Assembly: GCF_009914755.1 (NCBI RefSeq)
Contig: NC_060929.1
DNA from: the human T2T-CHM13v2.0 reference genome, Homo sapiens
DNA: 64,000 nt
Direction: 5' to 3' (one strand)
Shown: one piece after another, positions 29,900 to 41,928 of the stretch
How positions within the stretch are numbered: the first letter of the stretch is position 1
Layout of the letters: every line of letters starts with the position of its first letter
The notes under the pieces: model-generated
Database searches by the model: none
The model's input: the letters and a program-made list of their open reading frames with translations, nothing else
What the model was told of the DNA's origin: nothing
Program-made: the position numbers and the translations under genes

Positions 29900-30170
29900 A
29901 ATTGTTTATTCATAATATTAGCTAACAATCACTGAGTATGGGGACGGTGTGAAAGATCTCACAGGTGACGTTGCCTTTTCCTCTAAATAGCTCCATGGAG
30001 CAGGTATAATTATTTTTCTTGTTTTATACATGATCAATAATAAAACAAATAACAAAAATAAACAAGAGGGGTTTAGTAATTTGTTCACAGTTAAACTTCA
30101 GCTAGTAAGTGTGAGTATCCACACCCAAATACTAGTCCATCTTCAAAGTACACACTTTTAACAATTTATT
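29900..30170 (-). mobile_element. MIR
   Basis: 'agctaacaatcactgagt...gtaatttgttcacagtt...cagctagtaagtg'. Confidence 0.5.
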
Positions 30171-30970
30171 GTGGTCTTCTGATATTTGTATTACCTTCTT
30201 TGCAAAAACTATAAGAATTCCATTGCTCATCCTCAGTCCCAAAAGCCCTGAGAGAAAAAAGGCTTTTTAAGAAGACAGTAGAAACGAGTTTATTTAATGC
30301 AAGACTTGGGTTCCTAGCAACATCATGATGAAAACTGTATATTTATTACAAGACAGCACAAAGCACTGATATAGAATTCCAGCACTAAAATAATAATGTG
30401 TGGTCATTGTTAGGGCTAGAAATTATATTTATAGTTATGATTTTATAGTATTTGAAATTATAACATTTGCTATAAAATCAGCTCTCTTTCAGGACACTGT
30501 TGCAAGTAACTGTTTCTATCATTTCACAAATATGGAGAAAAACAGGAAGAAGTTTAGGAAGAAGCCACCTAGGAAATTACAGAGCTCGTTGAGAATTATA
30601 GCTTTTGTAAAAAGAAAGAAAAGAGAGTCAGTTCATTGTAATTTTTCAATACTGAACACATAAGTTGGTTGTTTCCAGAAATAGGGCGCTTGTCTTTCTT
30701 AAGCTAAATACTTTCAACATCTGGATTGAAATGGGCAAAGCTTTTAATTATCTTGTAATTCAACATCTGGATGCAATATTTTTTAAAAAAGAGGATGCTA
30801 TTCAGGGAAAGACAGGTTGCAAACACATTTCTTTATGTCATTTTCTTTTACTTTTTTTCCCCTCAGCTTTATTGAAGTATAACTGACAAATAAAAATTCT
30901 ATATATTCAAGGCGTACAACATCATGATTTAATGTATGCATTCATCCTGTAATCACCACAATCAAATTAA

Positions 30971-31376
<406 letters not shown>

Positions 31377-32569
31377 AGCAAATTTTAAGTAAGTAATAGA
31401 TTAATATAAACCATAGTCACTGTGCTATATGTTAAATGCCCAGAACTTATTTATCTCATAACTGAAAGTTTGTGCTCTTTGATTAACGTCTCTTTTCCCA
31501 CATGCTGCAACTCCTGGCAACCACCATTAATCTCTCTGCTTCTATGAGTTTGGGTTTTTTAGATGCCACATGTAAGTGATATCATGCAATATTTGTGTTT
31601 CTATGTCTGGCTTATTTCACTAAGCATAATGTCTTCCAGATTCATCTATGTTGTTGCAAATAGCAGGATTTTCTTCTTCTTTTATGGCTGAATAATTCTA
31701 TTGTGTATATAGAGCAAAGTTTCTTTATCCACTGATTCATTGATGGACACCTAGGTTATTTACGTATCTTGACTCTTATGAATAATGCTGCAATGAACAT
31801 GGGGCTTGCAGATATCTCTTTAAGATACTGTTTTCATTTCCTTTGTCTATATTCCCAAAAGTGGGATTGTTGGATAACATGGTAGTTCTATCTTTAATTT
31901 TTTGAGGAACTTCCATACTGTACACTGTTGGTGGGAATGTAAAATTTTATGAAATATTATTTTTAAAGTTTTCATAATGCCTATGTCAATTTACATTCCC
32001 ACCAACAGTGTAGAAGGGTTTCCTTTTCTCCACATCCTTGCCAACACTTACTATCTTTTGACTTAGTATAAGAATGGTAATAGCCATTCTAACAGGAGTG
32101 AGATGACATCTCATTGTGGTTGTGATTTGCATTTCCCTGATGATTAGTGATATTGAGTCCTTTTTCTTATACCTTTTGGCCGTTCATATGTCTTCTTTTG
32201 AGAAATGTTTATTCAGGTCCTTTGCCCATTTTTTTTAATTGAGTCATTTATTTTTATTGCTACTGAGTTTTGGTTCCTAATATGGTTTGGATATTAACCC
32301 TTTATTATATGTATGGTTTGCAAATATGTGACATGCAAATATGATGTCATTTTCTTTTAATCTCCTTATCATCATCAGGTATCTACTTTAGGTGGTAGGA
32401 ATAATACCAAAATCATTTCAGTTACAATCCTGTGCTATCAGCCCACTTCTGCTTTACTCTAGCTGATGATCCAGTGTTTATTAGACCACAAATAGAAGCT
32501 GGGTTAGACATGTCATTGCTATATACATAAATTCTTACCTTTATCAGGACTCTCTTGTTGCCCCTTGAA

Positions 32570-32930
32570 AATACAGGCACTCTCCTGCTTCAGGGTCTTT
32601 GCACTTGCTGTTACCTCTCCCTGAAATCTCTCATCCCAGATACTTGCATAACTCCCTGCCTCATCACTTTCAGGCATCTTATTAAAATTGTAACCCCCAG
32701 CACTTGATATTTATTCTTCTATGGTTTATTTATCTCCACAGCACTTATATACCTTTGGCATATTTTATGTTTTGTTAATTTGTTCTTTATCATTTTTTCT
32801 CATTAAATGTAAGCTTCATGAACATAGAAGTTTTATTGGTTTTATTAATCACTGTATTCCAGCATCTGGAACTGTGCCTGGCACATAGTAAGGGTTTGGT
32901 CAAAGTTCATTAAATATATTATAAATAAAT
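32570..32930 (+). mobile_element. L2 3' fragment
   Basis: 'cagggtctttgcacttgctgtt...aaatgtaagcttcatgaa...tgtgcctggcacatagtaa'. Confidence 0.7.
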
Positions 32931-33118
32931 ATGTATTATCAATAGAAAACCCTAATGACATATATACTCATAAGAAGTGTTTTCTGTGGAGGCAGGCACT
33001 GAGTTTTGTCTCTCTCAGTGTCCCCAGTCTCCTGGAGAGGGCCTGTTACATCATAGACATTCAATGTATATTTATGGATTGAATGGATAGGTCAGCGCTC
33101 ATTAATAAAACTATTGAA

Positions 33119-33425
<307 letters not shown>

Positions 33426-34519
33426 GAAATACAATAAAATAAAACTATTAGGAAAATAGGTTTTTAAAGAGAAGAGAGGAAAGGAAGAAAGACAGAAAGA
33501 ATGAGAGGGAAAAAGTATTGATATTTCAGAGCTCACTCCCATTTCACATTGATTTTACAGAGTTTACATGTAACTTATTATGTTAAAGCTACAATAAAAT
33601 TTGCAGTTCCTCCCCAAAAGAAGAGTAAATTGTGAATAAAGGTAGTTTATCATGAAAAGTCATATCGACTCCCCATCAGCTCCCTTTCTAGTTTGTTGTC
33701 GGTTACTCTGCAGTGAAAGAATGCATTTGATGCTGTGTCTCTTAAGTCCTGGCTGTATTAATCATATTCTCCTCTTTGTAGACATATTGGATTCATATAT
33801 AATCTAACAACCATTTACTCGGCAGAGAAAATAAGGTTACACTTGGCAAATTCGTTCTTTGTAGATCCAGAGACAAAACAGACACTTCAGTTCCACCACG
33901 AACCAATCATCACCTGGGAGGGAGCAAGAAGGGGGCAAAATGTAAGATGAATTTTAATCATGAGCAGGACATTGACATTTGAAGTTTCTGTTTATTACAA
34001 AAATGAGAAAGCTTCAAAGTTATTCTCTCTGCTGGTTGGGAACCAGAGCTAAACAGAGACAGGAAAATTGCCTTTGATTGAAGCATGTGGCCAGCAGCCA
34101 CCAGCATGCTCCAAAAGCAGAAATAGACATTATAAGACACAGAGGATCATTGTGTGACCCAGAGTTCCCTTGAAATATTTTAGAGCACATTTTTGAACAT
34201 GGAGAAATAATAACAACACTATAAAAGCTTGGAATTTAGGACTTGGGCTCTTCTATGTTTAAGTAACCAGAATTATTCAGGTTTTAAAACACAGTCTAAG
34301 GTAGAAAACACAATTACCTGAAAAACATAGTAAAATAAAGAATGGAAGGCAATTATGGTGGCAAACTATTAAGCTTAGCCAGCAAATAATTACTTGGAAG
34401 AAGAAATCTCGAGGTTAGTATAGGAAAAATGAAGAATTAAACCTATTCCAGACTGCAGGTAAGGTTTTTATGTTTCATTGTATTAACATGAAGGTAATCA
34501 TATTAATCATTAGCATTAC

Positions 34520-34880
34520 CTCTCAGTACATTTCTAAGAGATAAGACTACTTCCTGCTCCCTTGATGGCAAAGGTGTGCCTGTGATTTTCTTTGGCCAAT
34601 AAAATGTTAGTGGAAGTGACATATGACAATTCCTAGGAAAAGATTGAAGAAGCATCATGCAATTCTGCCATCTTTCTTTTCCCTCTGCTACGTGACCAGC
34701 ATATTCTAGATAGGGACTATTCTTCAGCCCAGGTCCCAAAATGAAAAGAACACATAGTAGAGTCATAGCCTATTCATGCAGACATAAACGTAAGTCAGCG
34801 AATCACACTGCTTTTGCAAGACACTAATTCTGGGAGTCTTTTGTTATTGCTGCACAACTTATTCTCAGCTGACCTATATT
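34520..34880 (+). mobile_element. Old MaLR LTR (MLT1I/J-like)
   Basis: 'ctttggccaataaaatgttagtggaagtgac' and 'ttttgttattgctgcacaactt...ctgacctata'. Confidence 0.6.
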
Positions 34881-34974
34881 GATTTTAGATTTGTGAAGGG
34901 TATTGAGAAAACAGTCTGGTCTTCTCAGAGGAGTGATAACATAACTTAGAGAACATCAGAGAGTTCTAAGAATT

Positions 34975-35150
34975 CAGTTTCTCCAGGTGGAGTGCCACGT
35001 CAGAATTACCTAGGAGCTTGTGAAACATGCACATTTCCAGGCCTCACTCCAGAATTAGTGAACCTGAATCTTTGAAAGTAGGCATTGTGAAACTGCATTT
35101 TCAGAGGCTGCCCAGGTGACCCTGTACAACCCCAAATCTGAGAACTGCTG
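34975..35150. mobile_element. MER5A hAT MITE
   Basis: 'cagtttctcca...tcagaattacctaggagcttgtgaaa...tgagaactgctg'. Confidence 0.65.
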
Positions 35151-36877
35151 GCCAAAATGTTTACTTAAGATTAAAGTGCAAAAGCAGAGAGGCAGTGTAC
35201 AAGAAATTAGAAAACTTATCTTTGGGAATCTTGAGATTGGATCCTGGCCCTGCCACTCAGATTTGGGATTCCAAGCTAGTTCTTCAGTTCCAGGACTCAA
35301 ATTTCTCATTGCTTTGATTGTTTTGATAACAGCCATCCCAGGTACCTCCCAAAGCTGTTGTGATATAATAACTCAAAAGTGCTTTGTAAATTGAAAAATA
35401 TTTTGCATATTAGGATATTGTCAGTCTTGCCAAGATAGGGGGTAGCTCAAGGTTTGAATTGAAATGGAAATCAGCAATGTGGCATAGGAAAGCAGGCTCA
35501 GTCTCATCAATGCTAATTTTATTTTGCTCTTTTAATCACCAGTAGGAAAATGTATTAGGGATTATTCACATCTAAGAGATGGATTAATATCTAGAGTCCA
35601 TCAGGTTTAAGCTGCAGAACTGAGAAGCCAGAGGCATCCTTGTTATTTCAATTGAGAATCCTAAATACTTGGAGAAGCCAGGAAGGGAGAAACTGCCAAA
35701 TTGTTATTAGACAACTTAATAAAAGATAGATACAAGCTCCTCGAATCTCCTTCTCATCCTTGCTAAGATGCCACATTTACTGAGTGCTCATCAGGTGCTA
35801 GACATTGGGCTAAGCAACTTAAGGCTTTGTAAATATCTCCAAAGATCGGTATTTTCAGCCCACTTTCACAGGTGAAGAACTTAAAGCTTAATGAAGTCGT
35901 TGCTTGTCAAAAGTGGCTTCTCTCATATTGAAACTCACCACTGAAACACCAAGGCATTCTACATAACTAGAATATCTAGAAACTATAGTATATTAAATTT
36001 AAAAACCTAACATCTCTCATATATGTCATCTTCTTACCCTACATTAAAAAAACCCTAAGTGCAGAAATGCATGGCTACTGCACAGTTGTCCCTAGATTTG
36101 AGTAGAAGAAGTGAAAAGAAATAGAAATCATTGTAGTCCTCTTGGCTTTTTATGTCATCAGGATCTAAACACAGCTCTAATGATGAAGGAAAAGAAAAAC
36201 GCATCCATTGGTGCCAGCTTTTTATCCCCCTGCAATTATAACTCTTTTGCAGTGGGTATCCTGTTTCTTCTTAAAATGCTTTCCTTGATTTGCTCATCAA
36301 TATAACCTGAAATACTTCCTTAATAAAAGCATGCCAAAGTAAAAGGTCCTTGTAATTAGGAGAGTAAAAATATGCTCATTTATATTTTAAAATTACAATG
36401 TATTCAATGTATTGAATTATGGTTAAGAATTTAAATATCTAATTACCCTTTATCCTATACCTAATATAGGACCAGGGAAAAAGAAGTGACTCTGATACTA
36501 AATCCCCCCCCCCATGCTAACATATTAGAATTTAATTAATAAAATATGACTCTTCTTTAATGATTTAATGGCCTTTAGTTTTTGGACCATCATCTTTCCA
36601 CCAAAGTGCCTATGGCTCGAAATCTTTTAAAAGCCATATGAAACAAAGCTATAATAATATACGACATAGGCTACTGTGTAAAAAAAGCTGTATTGTCAGA
36701 CGAATGGGATGCATAAAGAGAAGTAATAAGGCCAAGTATGAGCTTTATATGAGCTTTAAAATCAATCAAAAACCATAATAAATCATGGCAGTTTGAGTTC
36801 TTGAATTACTTAAAAATTCATTTAACGACTTTATTAGTCATTTTCTTAGGCATATTTCAAAACATGTGGAAATTGCC

Positions 36878-37070
36878 TTTCTTTCCCTTCCTCCTTCCCT
36901 CCCTCCCTCCCTCCCTGCCTGTCTTCCTTCCTTCCTTCCCTTCCTTCTTCCCTTCCCTCCCTCCCTCCCCCCTTCCTTCGTTCCTTCCTTCCTTCCTCCT
37001 GTCTTTCTTCCTTCTTTATCCCATCTCCTTTTGATTCTTCTTTATCTTCTTTCATCCTTCCTTTCATCTT
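36878..37070. repeat. (TTCC/CCCT)n polypyrimidine simple repeat
   Basis: About 190 bp of nearly pure pyrimidine on the + strand. Confidence 0.95.
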
Positions 37071-40000
37071 TACCTGGAAAAAAAAAAACACTGAATTTTA
37101 TCTTTGCCATAAAAACTCCCCCCACAAGTCCTGGTTTCTCCCATATTAAAAGTAACTCTCCCTGAATGACCCCCGGGCTTGTGATACTTTCTCTAGTTTA
37201 CTACAACACCAAATAATGGACAATGATTTTGTTGAAATACCTAATGTACGCCCTACTTCGAGGAAAACATGTGTCTTTCAGCCTTATTTAACTTCGGTTA
37301 AGAGCTCTAGGATGTCTTGGACAGAGATTCATATGTTTGTTAATATTTACTGAAGCAATCCTTCTATTCCTATAACTGATATTAACAAGCTTAACAAATT
37401 GAATAATTAAAGACTATGGAAAGTCAACCTTAATGCAAGGCATAGCTTTTACCATTTTTCCTCATCTTTGAATAGAAAGTACTCATTTGATCATGGGGAA
37501 AAGGTAAAAATTTAAGCTAAGAAATGGGTAAGAAAAACCATTGTCAGGGTGCATGGTGGGGCTGGTATGGACCCAAAAGACCTGAGGAATAGAATTGTCC
37601 AATACTGATTTCCAGTGGGCCAGTGAAATCACTCTTTGTTCTCGTTCTCTGGACTATGTTAAAAGCTTATAGCTCATTTTATTAAAATAGTTCCAGTGAA
37701 GACACATAAATTACACTAAAGGAACTTCTTCAGGCTGAAGAAAAATTATATCAGAAGGAAGCTTGAAACTTCAGGAACAAAGAAATAGCAACAGAAATAG
37801 CAAATATCTGGTAAATATAAAATATTATTTTTTATCTTCATAAGTTCTTTAAAATAATATGTCTATGGAAAATTCAAAGTATAACATTGTCTAGTGGGGG
37901 TTTTGATACATGTAATGTATCTGGCATCCATAAGATAAGGGAAAAGAATAAAGGAACCTACAAGGTTGAAAGTCTTCCATAGTTTCCTTACAGTGGTAAA
38001 ACATAAACCCTAAGTAGAACTGTGTAAGTTTAAGTGTATGTATTTAATTTCTGGAGAAAACACTAAAAGTAAAAATAATGGAAAGATATATAGTCAAAGA
38101 GCCAAACAAAAATTAATACAAAATTTACAAAATTTTACAATTTTAACAAAAAATTAATATAAAAATGTAATACAAAATGTCCAAAAATCCAAAGCAAGTC
38201 AGAAAGTATGGAACATAGAAACAAAAGGCAGATAGGAAACACAGAAACAAATAATAAAATGTTATACCTAAATCTAATCACATCAATAATTATATGAAAT
38301 GTAAGTCATCATTGCTGAAAGAAATCATAGACAACACAAAGAAATGGAAAAAAAGATTCCATGCTCATGGATTGAAAGAATCAATACTGTTAAAATGGCC
38401 ATACTACCCCAAACAATCTATAGATTCAAGGCTATTCCTATCAAACTACCAATGTCATTTTTCACAGAATAAGAAAAAGCTGTCCTAAAATTCATATAGA
38501 ACCAAAAAGAGCCCAAATAGCTAAAGAAATCCTAACCAAAAAGAATAAAGCCAGAAGTATCACACTGCCTGACTTCAAACTATACTATAAGGCCACAGTA
38601 ACCAAAATAGCATGATTCTGGGACAAAAACAGACACATGAACCAATGAAACAGAAGAGAGAACACAGAAATAAAGCCACACACCTACAACCATCTGATCT
38701 TTGACAAAGTTGACAAAAATAAGCAATGGGGAGAGGACTCCCTATTCAACAAATGGTGCTGATATAATTGGCTAGCCATATGCAGAAGAATGAAACTGGA
38801 ATCCTTTCATTCACCACATAAAAAATTAAGATGGATTAAAAATTCAAATGTAAACTATAAAATCCTAGAAGAAAACCTAGAAAATTCCCATCAGTCTTGG
38901 CAAAGAATTTATGACCAAGTCCTCAAAAACAATTGCAACAAAACCCAAAATTGACAAGTGGAACCAAAGTAAACTAAAGAGCTCTGCACATCAAAAGAAA
39001 CTATCAACAGATTAAATAGGCAGCCTCCAGAATAGAAGAAAATATTTATAATCTATGCATCCAACAGAGATCTAATATCTGGAATCTTTAAGGAGCTTAA
39101 ACAATTGAACAAGCACAAAATAAATAACCCCATTAAAAATGGGCAAGGGACGTGAACAGGCACTTCTCAAAAGAAGATATCCAAGCAACCAAAAAATATG
39201 AAAAAATGTTCCACATCACTAATCAGCAGAAAAATGCAAATCAAAGCCACGAGATATCCTCTTACACAAGTCAGAATGGTTATTATTAAAAAGTAAAAAA
39301 ATAACAGTCCTTTGTTAGATGTATAGATTGCGAAGATTTTTTCCCACTCTATGGGTTGTCTGTTTACTCTGCTAATTGTTTCTTTTGCTGTGCAGAAGCT
39401 TTTTAGCTTAACTAAGTTCCATCTATTTATCTTTGTTTTTGTTGCATTTGTTTTTGGGTTCTTGATCATGAAGTCTTTGCCTAAGATAATGTCTACAAGG
39501 GTTTTTCTGATGTTATCCTGTAGAATTTTTATGGATTCATGTCTTAGATTTAAGTCCTTGACCCATCTTGAGTTGATTTTCCTACAAGGTGAGATGAGGA
39601 TCCATTTGCATTCTTCTACATGTGGCTTGCCAATTATCCCATCACCATTTGTTGAATAGGGTGTCCTTTTCCCACTTTATGCTTTTGTTTGCTTTGTTGA
39701 AGATCAGTTGGCTGTAAGTATTTGGGTTTACTTCTGTGTTCTCTATTCTGTTCCATTGGTCCATGTTCCTATTTTTATACCAGCACCACGCTATTTTGGT
39801 GACTATGGCCTTATAGTATAGTTTGAAGTCACATAATGAGATCCCTCCAGACTTGTTCTTTCTGCTTAGTTTTGCTTTGGCTATTTGGGCTCTTTTTGGT
39901 TCCATGTGAATTTTAGAATTTTTTTCTAATTCTGTGAAGAATAATGGTATTTTGATGGGAATTGCATTGAATTTGAAGATTGCTTTTGGCAGTATGGTCA

Positions 40001-41527
40001 TTTTCACAATATTCATTTTACACATCCAGTTTGTGCCATCTATGATTTCTTTCAGCAGTGTTTTGTAGTTTTACTTGTAGAGGTCTTTCACCTCTCTGGT
40101 TAGGCATATTTCCAGGTATTTTATTTATTTGTTTATTTTTGCAGCTATTGTAAAACAGATTGAGTTCTTGATTTGATTTTCAGCTTGGTCGCTGTTAGTG
40201 TATAGCGGAGCTATTGATTTATGTACATTAATTTTGTATCCTGGAACATCACTGAATTCATCTATCAGTTCAAAGAGCTTTTTGGATGAGTCTTTAGGGC
40301 TTTCTAGGTATACAATTATATCATTGGCAAACAGCGACAGTTTGACTTCCTCTTTACTGATTTGGATGCCCTTTATTTCATTCGCTTGTCTGATTGCTCT
40401 GGCTAGGACTTATAGTACCATGTTGAATAGAAGTGGTGAGAGTGGGCATCATTGCCTTGTTCCAGCTCTCAGGTGGAATGCTTTTAACTTTTCCCCGTTC
40501 AGTATTATATTGGCTGTGGATTTGATGTAGAAGGCTTTTATTACATTAAAGTATGTCCCTTCTATGCTGATTTTGCTGAGGGTTTTAATCATAAAGGGAT
40601 GCTGGATTTTCTTGAATGCCTTTTCTGCATCTTTTGAGATAATCATGTGATTTTTGTTTTTAATTCTGTTTATGTGGTGTATCATACTTATTGACTTTCA
40701 TATGTTAAACCATCCCTGCATCCCTCTTATGAAATCCACTTGATCATAGTAGATTATCTTTTTGATATGCTGTTGGGTTCAGTTAGCTAGTATTTTATTC
40801 AGGATATTTGTTTATTTATCAGGGATATTGGTCTGTAGTTTTCCTTTTTTGTTATATCTTTTCCTGGTTTTGGTATTAGGGTGATACTGGCTTCATAAAA
40901 TGATTTAGGGAGGATTCCCTCTTTCTCTATCTTATGGAATAGTGCCAATGGGATTGGTACAAATTCTATTTGAATGTCTGATAGAATTCAGCTGTGAATC
41001 CCTGATAGAATTCAGCTGTGAATCCATCAAACAAATCAGCAGGAAAAAACAAAAACAAACAATTCCATCAAAAAGTGGTAAGGACATGAGTAGACAATTC
41101 TCAAAAGAAGCTATACATATGGCCAACAAAGATGAAAAAATGCTCAGCATCACTAATGATCAGGGAAATCAAAATGAAAACCACAAAGTGATACCATCTT
41201 TCTTCTGCAAGCATGGCCATAATCAAAAAAGTAAAAAAATAATAGATGTTGGCATGGATGTGGTCAAAAGGGAACACTTTTACACTGTTGATGGGAATGT
41301 AAACTAGTACAACCACTATGGAAAACAGTGTGGAGATTCCTTAAAGAACTAAAAGTAGAACATTTGATCCAGCAATCCCACTGCTGTGTATCTATCCAGA
41401 GGAAAATAAGTCATTATACAGAAAAGACACTTGCATATTCATGTTTATAGGAGCACAATTCACAATTGCAAAAATATGGAACCTGCCCAAATGCCCATCA
41501 ATCAGAGTAGATAAAGGAGTTGTGGGA

Positions 41528-41733
41528 TATATATATATACACAATATATATATACACACATACGTGTATATATACATATATACACACATATACGTGTATA
41601 TATACGTATATACACATATACGTGTATATATACATACGTATATACACATATACGTATGTATATGTGTATATACGTATACACTTGTATATATGTATATACG
41701 TATACATATGTATATATATGTATATATATATAA
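41528..41733. repeat. (TA/CA/TG) compound microsatellite in an L1PB 3' UTR
   Basis: Alternating purine-pyrimidine tract with 'tatacgtgtata' units. Confidence 0.95.
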
Positions 41734-41898
41734 TGGAATACTGCTTAGCCATAGAAAGGAATGAAATAATGGCATTCACAGCAACCTGGATGGAATTGGA
41801 GACCATTATTCTAAGCGAAGTAACTCAGGAATGGAAAAACCAACATCATATGTTATCACTCATAAATGGGAATTAAGCTATGAGGATACAAAGGCATA

Positions 41899-41928
41899 AG
41901 AGCAAGACTCCGTCTCAAAAAAAAAAAA
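41899..41928 (+). mobile_element. 30-bp Alu 3'-end remnant
   Basis: 'agagcaagactccgtctc' plus A12, the Alu terminus. Confidence 0.8.

Noticed and set aside
36801-37165. Pro/Ser/Leu-rich and Glu/Gly/Arg-rich ORFs
   Set aside because: Translations of the (TTCC)n simple repeat
41392-41876. Four overlapping Tyr/Ile-rich ORFs over 100 aa (also 58493-59111)
   Set aside because: Translations of TA/TG microsatellite plus L1 or Alu sequence
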